64,000 nt of DNA from Dehalococcoidia bacterium. Lineage in GTDB: Bacteria > Chloroflexota > Dehalococcoidia > Lucifugimonadales > UBA3495. The stretch spans positions 1,151,028 through 1,215,027 of the forward strand of contig CBDBDE010000002.1 of NCBI GenBank assembly GCA_965203675.1, in the 5' to 3' direction. The notes under the pieces are model-generated. The model was not told the origin of the DNA. It did no database searches and saw nothing but the letters and a program-made list of their open reading frames with translations. Of the stretch, positions 9,576 to 18,878 are shown piece after piece; position 1 is the first letter of the stretch; every line of letters begins with the position of its first letter. A program made the translations under genes and the position numbers.

Positions 9576-11393
9576 TTACCGACGAAGCCACCACACCAGA
9601 GCCGCCAGCAAGCCCATCAGGCCGGGCAGGAAAAACCAGGACGAAAACCGCACAAAGTTGAACTGGTTCTTGTCCAGGTTGAACTCTCGGAAAATATACT
9701 GCCGGTCCCGTATTGAAACCAGGGAAAAATCCCCCATGAGGTAGTTGGCCGTGTTGAGGAACAGCGCAGCGTTGCTTCCCCGGTCAACGAAGCTGTTGGT
9801 GATGAAGTCCGAGTCCCCGAACACGACAATCCCTGATACCTCGTAATCCGCAGGTTGAGAGGTAGGCGCGGGGCTGTTGATTGGCCCTACTCCTTGGACG
9901 TAAACGGCTGGACTGAATACCCCGGTCGGGTCCGGCTCATCCCCATCGGTGACCGGTTCCGTCCTTTCGACGTCGTCTATCAGGAAGCTGTCGGCTGAAG
10001 TGATGGCCAGGGGGATGGGGATTCGCGCTCCACTGCCATCGTCAATCGCTCGCACTGGGGTAGCGCCGGGCATGAAGGAAACGTTTAGGGAAGTGCCCCT
10101 GGGGAATACGATCTCCGGGGGGGCTCCTGGATTGTAGGCGCCGACCCTGAGGGTCTGGGGGTTTCCGGGAACAGACCGTTCCCGGTCCAGGATATACCCC
10201 TCGTCTACAACAATGCCCCATGCGAACAGAAAGGTCTTGAAAGACTCGGGAGTGTCGGGTTCTGCCAGGAAGACTATCCGGCCCCCTTCACGGCGGTTCG
10301 TGCCATCGGCGTTGCGGCCCAGCAGGTAGTTGTCCAGTGCCTTCACATGGGCTTCAGGCAACTCCCCGCTGGGACCTGCAATAACCAGGAGGGCGGCGTC
10401 GTCCGGCACGGATACGTCTTCGTCGGCTGCATTCCAGCGAAGGGTCGCGGGGCGGTAGTTGTCCCGCTCCAGGCCCCGCCTGATGGACGCGAATCCGTCT
10501 CCTCCGCTCCCGTTCAGGTTTTTCTCCCCGTGCCCGGACAGGAAGTAGACCTTCCTTTGTTCCTGTCCCGTGGCCACCAGGATGCTGGTGTAGAGGTCCT
10601 GCTCCAGTTCGGTGTAGAACTGATCCGTCGGTTGGACAATGTCGACTACCTTGGACTCCTCCCCTTGGATGGCTATGGACTCCAGGACTGTGACTCCCAG
10701 GTTGCGGGCGATTTCCGGCGAAATGTCCGGGTCAACCAGCTCGTAGGTGAACATGGATGAACGGTTTGAGAATTCTGAAAGAGTATCCTCTACCTTGACC
10801 CGCCGGATCAGTTGCTCCTCGTTGAGGTATGGGATGTCCTCACGGAAGAAGGCTACCGCCCTAACCGGCTCTTCGAGATCCCGTAGCAGGTTCCTGGTGC
10901 TGTTGGCCAGGCTGAATTGCTGGTTCGCTGTCGTGTCGATGCGAGCGTTGTTGCTGAATGTGATGAAGTTCAACACTACTACGATTCCCAGGAAAGCGGC
11001 CAGCATGATAAGCGAGTTGACCCCATACCGGCCGGTGCGGCTTATGAAGGCGGCCAGCACGGAACTCAGGTATATCAGTGCCATGATCGCGAGAAGCACG
11101 ACGCCGACGCCAGTAACGATGAACCCGTACAGCCGCAGCGCGGGGACGAAGGCCGCTAGGACAATTCCCACGATGAGAGCGAAAATACCGGCGATGACGA
11201 TGGGTGCGCCGAATGACCCGATTAAATCGAGCCCGGGTTCCAGGAAACTGAATAGTGTTCGGGAACCCTCGGGTTCTCCGTCGGCCTCGACTTCTGAGGA
11301 GTCTAACTCATCGGAGGAAACTTCACCCGGGGAATCCCGGCGTCTTCGTTGCCGGCGCCAGTCGGCGGAGGGGTCGGCGGGTCGATCGCTCAT
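9576..11393 (-). CDS. GldG-like ABC-transporter auxiliary component
   Basis: N-terminal TM helices, a large extracytoplasmic domain and a C-terminal TM (FFLPGLMGLLAALVWWL). ATG 11393 is preceded by GGAGG and sits 1 nt after the permease stop. Confidence 0.7.
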   Translation of the reverse strand: MSDRPADPSADWRRQRRRRDSPGEVSSDELDSSEVEADGEPEGSRTLFSFLEPGLDLIGSFGAPIVIAGIFALIVGIVLAAFVPALRLYGFIVTGVGVVLLAIMALIYLSSVLAAFISRTGRYGVNSLIMLAAFLGIVVVLNFITFSNNARIDTTANQQFSLANSTRNLLRDLEEPVRAVAFFREDIPYLNEEQLIRRVKVEDTLSEFSNRSSMFTYELVDPDISPEIARNLGVTVLESIAIQGEESKVVDIVQPTDQFYTELEQDLYTSILVATGQEQRKVYFLSGHGEKNLNGSGGDGFASIRRGLERDNYRPATLRWNAADEDVSVPDDAALLVIAGPSGELPEAHVKALDNYLLGRNADGTNRREGGRIVFLAEPDTPESFKTFLFAWGIVVDEGYILDRERSVPGNPQTLRVGAYNPGAPPEIVFPRGTSLNVSFMPGATPVRAIDDGSGARIPIPLAITSADSFLIDDVERTEPVTDGDEPDPTGVFSPAVYVQGVGPINSPAPTSQPADYEVSGIVVFGDSDFITNSFVDRGSNAALFLNTANYLMGDFSLVSIRDRQYIFREFNLDKNQFNFVRFSSWFFLPGLMGLLAALVWWLRR

Positions 11394-11394
11394 G

Positions 11395-12108
11395 TTACCT
11401 CCACCTTCGGGATTCCAGGGCACGGATCGACAGGAACAGGAAGAAGGCCGTCGCGCTCAGGAAATACACTATGTGCTTGGTGTCCACCACCCCGCGGTCG
11501 AAGTCGGCGAAGTGGCTGCTCATGCTGACTTCTGTGATCAGAGTGGACCAGATTCCTTCCACTACGTCGGCCCCATTAGCCCCAAAGAACAGCAGCAAGA
11601 GGATTCCGGCCGACACGATGAACGCAACGATCTGGTTGCTGGTCAGCGTGGACGTCAGGATACCTATGGAAAGCGCCGCGGCCCCATACAGGATCAGCCC
11701 GAGGTAACCGGAATAGATCGGCCCCGGGTCGGGGTTGGCGAACAGGAACAGCAGGAGCGGGTAGTACAGGGTCATCGCCAGTAGCGAAATCAGAAAGACC
11801 AGGCTGGCGGAATACTTTCCGATGACCACTTCCCAGTCCCTCACCGGTGACGTCAGAAGGAGTTCAATGGTCCCCAGTTTCTGCTCTTCGGACAGCAGCC
11901 TCATGGTCAATGCAGGCGCGAGCAACACCATCATGATGGTAGCGCCTTGAAAGAAGTCGGTGAGGGAAGCCTCCGGGAAGGGGTTGCCCAGGTCGAGGAC
12001 GAAGAAGAATCCGGTAACCGCCAGGTAAATCAGGCCCACTATGTACGCCATGGGATTGCTGAAGTAGACCTGAATCTCCTTCCAGGCTACTGCCTGGACA
12101 GTTCGCAT
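11395..12108 (-). CDS. ABC-2 type transporter permease (GldF-like)
   Basis: Six predicted TM helices. It lies between the ATPase and the GldG-like gene. Confidence 0.75.
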   Translation of the reverse strand: MRTVQAVAWKEIQVYFSNPMAYIVGLIYLAVTGFFFVLDLGNPFPEASLTDFFQGATIMMVLLAPALTMRLLSEEQKLGTIELLLTSPVRDWEVVIGKYSASLVFLISLLAMTLYYPLLLFLFANPDPGPIYSGYLGLILYGAAALSIGILTSTLTSNQIVAFIVSAGILLLLFFGANGADVVEGIWSTLITEVSMSSHFADFDRGVVDTKHIVYFLSATAFFLFLSIRALESRRWR

Positions 12109-12110
12109 GG

Positions 12111-13082
12111 CTACGTCTCCTCTTCGGTGGTAAGTCTCAGGAAGATGTCCTCCAGGCTCATTCCCATCATCTGCATGCTAAGGAGGCTCCAGCCATTGCT
12201 TACCACTACCCGGGAGATTTCCTCCCTCAGGTCGGCGCCTTCCTGAACACGCACCTGGTAGATCTCCCGGTCTTGCTGGCGCCGGTGCGTGACCTGTGAT
12301 ACCCCCGGGATCGACCGCAGCACTGGGAGCACCTCTTCGGGGGGGCCGCCTGTCTCCACCTGGAGCTGGTCGACTCCCTGCAGGCGCTGAGCCAGGTTCT
12401 CGGGAGTGTCCTCCGCAACGATGTGCCCATGGTGAATAATTAGCACCCGTTCGCAGATCATGCTGACTTCGGGGAGGATGTGGCTGCTCAACACCACCGT
12501 TTGCTGTTTTCCCAGGTCCTGGATCAACCGCCGCGTTTCCACCACCTGGATTGGATCAATGCCTATCGTAGGTTCGTCCATCACCAGGACGTCCGGTTCA
12601 TGAAGGATTGCTTGCGCGATCCCCACCCGTTGCCGGTACCCCTTTGACAGCTTCCCGATGGTGGTCTTGAAGTAGTCCTCCAGGCGGCACAGCTCGATAA
12701 CTTCAGGCACGCGCTGCTTGATGCGCCGGGCTGGCATTCCCCGCAGGGTGCCCATGTACTTGAGATAGCCGGTTACGGGCATCTCGGTATAAAGCGGAAC
12801 GGTCTCCGGTAGATACCCGATTCGACGGCGAACTTCCAGGGATTGCTCCACCACGTCGAACCCGCCAAGCGTCACCTGTCCCTGTGTGGGCGGCATATAC
12901 CCGGTGAGGATACGCATTGTGGTCGTTTTGCCCGCGCCGTTGGGTCCCAGAAAGCCGAGAATCTCACCCTTGCGGACTCCGAAATTCACATCTTCGATAG
13001 CGGGATATGGCCCGTAGTAGTGGGTCAGGCCGGAAGCCTGGATCATCAGGTCCCGTTCGGGATGAGTTACAGTCTCTGCCAT
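12111..13082 (-). CDS. ABC transporter ATP-binding protein
   Basis: Walker A GPNGAGKTT, signature LSKGYRQR, Walker B VLVMDEPTIGID, H-loop SSHIL. Confidence 0.9.
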   Translation of the reverse strand: MAETVTHPERDLMIQASGLTHYYGPYPAIEDVNFGVRKGEILGFLGPNGAGKTTTMRILTGYMPPTQGQVTLGGFDVVEQSLEVRRRIGYLPETVPLYTEMPVTGYLKYMGTLRGMPARRIKQRVPEVIELCRLEDYFKTTIGKLSKGYRQRVGIAQAILHEPDVLVMDEPTIGIDPIQVVETRRLIQDLGKQQTVVLSSHILPEVSMICERVLIIHHGHIVAEDTPENLAQRLQGVDQLQVETGGPPEEVLPVLRSIPGVSQVTHRRQQDREIYQVRVQEGADLREEISRVVVSNGWSLLSMQMMGMSLEDIFLRLTTEEET

Positions 13083-13406
13083 TTAGCACCTTGCCAGACG
13101 GATCAGTGCGGAAGTTCGGGCTAGGGTACCCCATGTCCCATTGTTCCTTCCAAGGGGACTTGTGGCGGGAAACCCGCACTTGCCTTCCATCACTCCGGAC
13201 ACCGCTCCGGAACTGGATCATCGCTCTCAAAGCACGTTTGTTTTGAGCCGACAGTGATGATATTCTATACGCCTGATTTTGCCAAGTTGGTTCCCGGCTC
13301 AGGCCCAGCCTCCCGGGTTGGCAGGAACCAGCTGATTCATCTGGAATCCGACTCGCTTGGGGTAACCTGTGCAACGCGTCTCCCGGATTTTATTGCAGGA
13401 GGTAGA

Positions 13407-13838
13407 ATGCATCTGATCATCGACGGATTTGGTGGTAGCGTGGAAAAAATGTGGGACCGCGAAATGGTTAGAGACTTCCTCTTCGAATACCCGAACTCTC
13501 TCGGTATGACCCGCATAACCGAACCCAACGTGCTGGAATACAATGGCCCCTACGAAGAGGATGCCGGAGTTTCCGGTTTCGTAATAATCGCCGAAAGCCA
13601 CATCAGCATCCATACTTTCCCCAGGCGCCAATACGTCAATATTGACATATTCTCCTGTAAATCCTTCGATGATCGGGCGGCATTGGAAGACGCCAGACGT
13701 TTGTTTGACCTGGCCGAAGTCAAAACGTGGGTCCTGGACCGCGGGCTAGAGTGGCTTGATTCCCGCCAGGGATTGATGGAGACCCAGAATCAGAGATCCC
13801 TTCTCGAAACCGGCCATTCCGCGCTGCAGGGTGGCTGA
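13407..13838 (+). CDS. speH: Pyruvoyl-dependent decarboxylase proenzyme of the S-adenosylmethionine decarboxylase (SpeH) fold
   Basis: Self-processing motif AESHISIHTFP. AGGAGG lies 5 nt upstream of ATG 13407 (MHLIIDGFGG). The upstream extension in the ORF track has no homology-like content. Confidence 0.75.
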   Translation: MHLIIDGFGGSVEKMWDREMVRDFLFEYPNSLGMTRITEPNVLEYNGPYEEDAGVSGFVIIAESHISIHTFPRRQYVNIDIFSCKSFDDRAALEDARRLFDLAEVKTWVLDRGLEWLDSRQGLMETQNQRSLLETGHSALQGG

Positions 13839-14742
13839 TACTCTGGCGGCCGGCCAGGGGAACCCACCGCTGTGGGTTCCCTCCAACTTTCTTGCTCTGC
13901 CGGAGGAACAAAGTCGGCTGGACACGGCGCGGGCTGTTGTTGTTCCTGTTCCCATTGATAGCACCACTTCGTTTCGCACCGGAGCGCGTTACGGTCCGCA
14001 GGGTATCATCCAGGCCTCGGCAGCCCTGGAGGACTATGATTGGGAGCTGGATTTGGATGTGGCTGAGTTGGGTATCCACACCACTTCCTTTCTCGAGCCT
14101 CACGTCGGTAACCCAGCTGTTATGGCGCAGCGGGTTAGACAAGCAGTACGTGAATTTGCCGCTGCTGGAAAGGTAACCGGAGTCCTCGGCGGGGACCACT
14201 CCGTGACCATTGGTTCCGCTCAGGCTCATGCGGATTCCATCCCTGGGTTGTCTGTGCTGTACCTGGATGCTCACCCCGACCTTCGGGACGAATACCAAGG
14301 CACCCAATGGGGTCATGCTTCCTCCGCCCGCCGTCTCCAGGATTCATGCTCCCTGGTGATGGTGGGACTGAGAAGCATGTGCTTGGAAGAACGGGAGTGC
14401 CTTCAGGAACATTCCATCCCGTTTTTTCCGTGGCCGCAGCATGACAGCGGGTATATTCGGGAGGTGGTCAACCGGCTGGGACCCGATGTCTATGTGAGCG
14501 TGGACCTGGATGCCTTCGACCCGTCTATCATGCCCGCCGTTGGAACCCCCGAGCCGGGAGGCATGACATGGGCCGACGTGATGTCCCTCCTACAAGCTGT
14601 TGCCGAAGCCCGCAGGATTGTTGGCTTTGATATAAGCGAGCTGGCCCCCAACGAGGGTCCGGCTTCCTGCGCGTACATAGCCGCCAAGCTGACGTACAAA
14701 TTGATAGCCCTGAGCTGCTGGCAAAAGGCACGGCCCGGCTAG
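13831..14742 (+). CDS. speB: Agmatinase (arginase/ureohydrolase family)
   Basis: Mn-binding motifs GGDHSVT, YLDAHPDL and SVDLDAFDPS. The GTG start overlaps the speH-like stop by 8 nt. Confidence 0.8.
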   Translation: MADTLAAGQGNPPLWVPSNFLALPEEQSRLDTARAVVVPVPIDSTTSFRTGARYGPQGIIQASAALEDYDWELDLDVAELGIHTTSFLEPHVGNPAVMAQRVRQAVREFAAAGKVTGVLGGDHSVTIGSAQAHADSIPGLSVLYLDAHPDLRDEYQGTQWGHASSARRLQDSCSLVMVGLRSMCLEERECLQEHSIPFFPWPQHDSGYIREVVNRLGPDVYVSVDLDAFDPSIMPAVGTPEPGGMTWADVMSLLQAVAEARRIVGFDISELAPNEGPASCAYIAAKLTYKLIALSCWQKARPG

Positions 14743-14974
14743 TCGAGGAGGGACGGACAAGCTAAGCCCTGTCCAAACTCAAAGGTTGCCGATGGGAGTT
14801 ATAAGCACCATAGATCAGCACCAAAGATCAGGTGCTCCCGTGGGCATTTTAGATGCGCTAAGAACCTGCGCCCGGCGGAGGCGCCGACTGAGGAATCCGG
14901 CAACTGGGGTTCCCCGGTCCGGCGTTCCTGACCCGCTCCTATGCTAAAATTATTGGAGCGAACGGAGCTGTCCC

Positions 14975-16165
14975 ATGGAGCTGCCAGCAACAATCTATCT
15001 CGACCACGCCGGCACCACCGCCACAGATCCCGAGGTTCTGGAGGCGATGCTGCCCTTCTTTACCCACTTCTACGGCAATCCGTCCAGCATACATAACGTA
15101 GGACAGGAAGCCCGTCACGCCCTGGATACTGCCCGGGAAAGAGTCGCAGCCGTACTCAACTGCCGCAACAACGAAGTCGTGTTCACCAGCGGAGGGACCG
15201 AAGCCGATAACGCCGCCATCCACGGCGCCGCCGTCGCGCTGCAGGGCACCGGGAACCACATCATCACCACAAGCGTTGAACACCATGCGGTCCTGCATAC
15301 GTGCCAGTACCTGGAAAGCATGGGGTTCGAAGTTACCTACCTGCCGGTGGACGACTACGGCGCGGTCAGCCCGGAAGCAGTGTCCAACGCGATAACAGAC
15401 CGAACGACCGTGGTGTCGGTGATGTACGCCAATAACGAGATTGGCACCATCAACCCGATACCGGATATCGGAGCAATGGTCCGGCGGCGGGCCGGCGAGC
15501 TGGGACGCACCATCGTCATGCACACGGATGCGGTGCAGGCGGCGGGGTTCCTCGATATGAACGTTCGCACACTGAACGTCGATATGCTCAGTTTATCCGG
15601 GCACAAGTTCTACGGCCCCAAGGGCTCGGGGGTCTTGTTCATACGGCGGGGCACCCCATATCTCCCCCTTCTACTGGGGGGCGGCCAGGAACGGGAACGC
15701 CGGTCCGGCACCGAGAATATCGCCGCCATCGTGGGACTGTCGGTCGCCCTCGAAACCGCCAACGCCGCTCGCCTCGAGACGGGCTCTCACTGCGCCGCCC
15801 TTCGGGACCGGATTATAGACAGGATCGGGGAGGAAATTGACGGGGCCATCCTCAACGGCCATCCGTCCAATCGCCTGCCCAACAACGTCAACTTTTCCTT
15901 CGCAGGCGTGGAGGGAGAGTCGCTCCTGCTGGGCCTGGATCTGGCAGGGATCGCCGCTTCGTCAGGCAGCGCGTGCAGTTCCGGTTCGCTGGAGCCCTCC
16001 CATGTGCTGCTGGCCCTGGGCCAGACCGCCGAGACAGCCCGGGGGAGCCTGCGGATGACATTGGGGAAAAACAATACCCAAGAGGAAGTCGACTACGTCC
16101 TGAACGTCTTGTCCGGCCTTCTTCATCAGCTACGGGCGATGCCCACCCTTTCCCAGACGGGTTAA
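14975..16165 (+). CDS. Cysteine desulfurase (NifS/IscS class V aminotransferase)
   Basis: [11 protein letters not shown]-lysine motif [12 protein letters not shown], active-site loop SSGSACSSG. Confidence 0.9.
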   Translation: MELPATIYLDHAGTTATDPEVLEAMLPFFTHFYGNPSSIHNVGQEARHALDTARERVAAVLNCRNNEVVFTSGGTEADNAAIHGAAVALQGTGNHIITTSVEHHAVLHTCQYLESMGFEVTYLPVDDYGAVSPEAVSNAITDRTTVVSVMYANNEIGTINPIPDIGAMVRRRAGELGRTIVMHTDAVQAAGFLDMNVRTLNVDMLSLSGHKFYGPKGSGVLFIRRGTPYLPLLLGGGQERERRSGTENIAAIVGLSVALETANAARLETGSHCAALRDRIIDRIGEEIDGAILNGHPSNRLPNNVNFSFAGVEGESLLLGLDLAGIAASSGSACSSGSLEPSHVLLALGQTAETARGSLRMTLGKNNTQEEVDYVLNVLSGLLHQLRAMPTLSQTG

Positions 16166-16237
16166 CCCCGCAGGAAACCGGCTACCAGGCCGCAGTCACT
16201 GGAGTATTTCTTACGTTAGCTTAGGGGGTTTCAGGGG

Positions 16238-16804
16238 TTGTTGTGCAAGAGGTTTGTGTTCGGATTGATCATCGTAGCGGCTCTGGGCTTGCCTCTCCTT
16301 GCGGCGTGCTCTGAAACTTCGCCGTCATTCGGAAAGTATTACCGAGGGAAGACTCTGGACGTCAGCGTGGTATCCCTGGAGCGGGCCGACGAGATCCGGT
16401 ACAAGTGGCCTAGAGACGATTCCGGGAAACACTGGCGCCTGGGCCCCCTGGAACAGGAGAATGAGCTGGTCCTCCTGAGGGTCAAGGTCGAGAACCACAC
16501 CGCCACCAGCGCCATCGTCAACATAGACTCCAAAGCTGCTGAATTAAGGGATTTTTTCCGGGGCAAGTACTTTCCCATCGACATCAACGGCCGCGTTGAG
16601 GAAGCGTCGGTCCCGGAGAACCCCGGGGCCGAGCGGCACATCGTGTTCCTGTGGAACGCGACCCTGGACGACGGGTCACTCCAGGCGTTCAACCTTGCCC
16701 AGGACATGGGAATAGATGGTGTGCTGGTCTTTGAAGCTCCCAAGGACACGAAGTTCAAAGAGTTCCGGTGGAGGGCGGGAGACTCCCTTTCCATCGACTT
16801 CTAG
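16238..16804 (+). CDS. Lipoprotein of unknown function
   Basis: Signal peptide with lipobox LPLLAAC, followed by a soluble beta-rich domain. I recognised no family. Confidence 0.5.
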   Translation: MLCKRFVFGLIIVAALGLPLLAACSETSPSFGKYYRGKTLDVSVVSLERADEIRYKWPRDDSGKHWRLGPLEQENELVLLRVKVENHTATSAIVNIDSKAAELRDFFRGKYFPIDINGRVEEASVPENPGAERHIVFLWNATLDDGSLQAFNLAQDMGIDGVLVFEAPKDTKFKEFRWRAGDSLSIDF

Positions 16805-16819
16805 CCACCGAAGTTCATC

Positions 16820-17449
16820 GTGACTCCGGCTGAAGATCCCCCTGTGGTCCAATCAGGCGCTTCCGGGGCCCCTCCCGTCTGGCGCAGGGTCTTCCATGCC
16901 TCTGCGGGGTCGGCACTGGCTGCCGCTGGAATATTCCTGCCTCTTGCTGTGATGGTGGCAGGCCTGGCGGTCCTAACCTTCTTGAGCTTGTCACTGGACC
17001 TGGTGCGGTTCCGGGTGCCGTCGTTGAACCGAACCTTCCTGCGCTGGCTGGCGCCGCTGCTCAAGCTGGAGGAAGGGTCCAAGCTCACTGGAGCCACCTT
17101 CATGCTGGCCGCAGGATTTCTGGCTTTTGCCGTCTTCGACCGCCCGGTGGCCGTGACGGCCCTGTTTTTCCTTGCCCTGGGCGACCCCGCAGCGGCATTG
17201 GTTGGCTTCCGGGGGCCGATACCGCGCTACATGGGAAAATCAATTCTGGGGCCCGCTGCGTTCATCGTTGTTTCCCTGGCAGCAGCCGCGGTCCTGGCAG
17301 GAACGGGAGTAATCGAGTGGCACTGGCGATGGGTGGCGGGAGCGGTAACGGCCGGGATCGTGGAATCCGCGCGTCTGCCCTTGGACGACAACCTGACAGT
17401 CCCCTTAGCGGGCGGAGTGGTGATGCAGTTCCCGGTGTGGGCGGCTTGA
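16820..17449 (+). CDS. Integral membrane protein, possibly polyprenol/phytol (dolichol) kinase family
   Basis: It has 5-6 TM helices. LALGDPAAALVGFRG...GKSILG and ESARLPLDDNLTVPL resemble the CTP-dependent polyprenol kinase family. The assignment is weak. Confidence 0.4.
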   Translation: MTPAEDPPVVQSGASGAPPVWRRVFHASAGSALAAAGIFLPLAVMVAGLAVLTFLSLSLDLVRFRVPSLNRTFLRWLAPLLKLEEGSKLTGATFMLAAGFLAFAVFDRPVAVTALFFLALGDPAAALVGFRGPIPRYMGKSILGPAAFIVVSLAAAAVLAGTGVIEWHWRWVAGAVTAGIVESARLPLDDNLTVPLAGGVVMQFPVWAA

Positions 17450-17516
17450 TCCGGTGAATTGACATGGGCCAGGATAACCCGGTTTTTATCGAAGGAAGGT
17501 CTTCGCCGGGAGCTTC

Positions 17517-18878
17517 TTATGCGGCTCCGTCAAAGTCCACGGTGGTCGCCCGTTCCCGTTGGAACTTCAGGTACGCCTGTTTCTTCATCGCCGGCCGGTG
17601 GTGAGAAATGACTTCGTTGGCCTTTGCCGCGCCGTCCGAAAGAAGGTCAATGGCCACCATAGCCATGATCTTAGCCGGGTTGATCACCGCTGACTCGTAA
17701 TCGGTGATTACGTAGTCCTTGCTGTGCCCGGGTCCCTCCGCTCCCGATGTGTACGGATGGCAAGCCGGCATCAGTTGGCTGAGGTCCCCCATATCCGTGG
17801 AACCGCCCCGGTTGCGGCGGGCCGGCATCACCAAAACGCTGGACGGCCCGATGAGGCTCCCCGAGTTCTGCTCAAACAGGTCCAGGAGGCTCACGTCGTG
17901 CCGCATGGGCAGATATCCCGGAATAGTGGTGATGTTCGCGCTGGCCCCGACCGCGAGAGCCCCTGCCTTGAAGCACCGGTCGACTATGGCGCTGTTGGCT
18001 ACCACCGCCTTGGGATTCCCAGACCTGACCCGCCACTCCAACCGTATATCCGATGGAACGGCGTTGACCGCCTCCCCACCGCGGGTCATTATCCCGTGGA
18101 TGCGGACGGTGTCCTCATCCTTGAATACTTCCCGGTTGGAGTTGATGGCCTGGAGGGCAAAGGAGGCGGCGTTGAGGGCGTTGACTCCCAGGTGGGGCGC
18201 GCTGCCGGCGTGAGAGCCCCGGCCAATGAACCTGACGTACTTGACGACGTGACCGTTGCTGGTGCCCCCGATGGCGAACTTGCGGTCGCCCATGTCGCTG
18301 GCGGTGTGGCACATCATCGCCATGTCGACGTCGTCAAACTCCCCGAGGCGGATCAACTCCTGCTTTCCGCCCATGAACTCGATCTTCCCCTGCGAGCGGA
18401 GTTCGAGGCGGTGCCCCACCTGTATGAACTCCTCGGCGGGAACGGCGAAGGGGACAATCTCGCCGGAAAGCTGTCCCAGGACTTCCGGTTCCATCAGGCC
18501 GGTCAGTGCGCCAAGCATCATCCCGATCTGGCAATGGTGTCCGCAAGCGTGGGCGGCGTTGGTTTCCGGGTCGGCGTGGGGGTGCTCGTTGACCACCAAC
18601 GAGTCGAGCTCTCCAATAATCGCCAGCCGGGGGCCGGCGCCCGAGCCTCCCGGGACCGTCCCCTTGAGGCCGGTCAATGCCAAGCCGTCTCGGTGGACGA
18701 CGCCCATCTCCCGGAATTTCCGGCCGACCAGAGCAGCAGTCTTGACCTCGCGAAACCCGGGTTCCGGGTTGGCGAGGATTTCCCGGGAAACGCCTATCAG
18801 CTCGGCTTTCCGCCGCTCGATGGCCGCGCAGGCCCGCTGCTTGAGTTCCTGCCTGGTTAACGTGTTAGTCTGCGTCAA
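17517..18878 (-). CDS. M20-family amidohydrolase (AbgB/PM20D2-like), paralogue 1
   Basis: ANPEPGFRE, AHACGHHCQIGM, GRGSHAGSAPHLGVNAL. TTG 18878 (MTQTNTLTRQELKQ) is preceded by GGAGAAGGAAG. The 100-aa Pro/Arg-rich extension in the ORF track was rejected. Confidence 0.8.
   Translation of the reverse strand: MTQTNTLTRQELKQRACAAIERRKAELIGVSREILANPEPGFREVKTAALVGRKFREMGVVHRDGLALTGLKGTVPGGSGAGPRLAIIGELDSLVVNEHPHADPETNAAHACGHHCQIGMMLGALTGLMEPEVLGQLSGEIVPFAVPAEEFIQVGHRLELRSQGKIEFMGGKQELIRLGEFDDVDMAMMCHTASDMGDRKFAIGGTSNGHVVKYVRFIGRGSHAGSAPHLGVNALNAASFALQAINSNREVFKDEDTVRIHGIMTRGGEAVNAVPSDIRLEWRVRSGNPKAVVANSAIVDRCFKAGALAVGASANITTIPGYLPMRHDVSLLDLFEQNSGSLIGPSSVLVMPARRNRGGSTDMGDLSQLMPACHPYTSGAEGPGHSKDYVITDYESAVINPAKIMAMVAIDLLSDGAAKANEVISHHRPAMKKQAYLKFQRERATTVDFDGAA

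Noticed and set aside
16238-17449. Selenoprotein gene (in-frame stop read-through) near tRNA-Sec or elsewhere in the window
   Set aside because: The only same-frame adjacent ORF pair I noticed (16238..16804 and 16820..17449) is separated by TAG, not TGA, and the two parts are unrelated (a lipoprotein and a membrane protein). No recognised family in the window looks truncated at a TGA.
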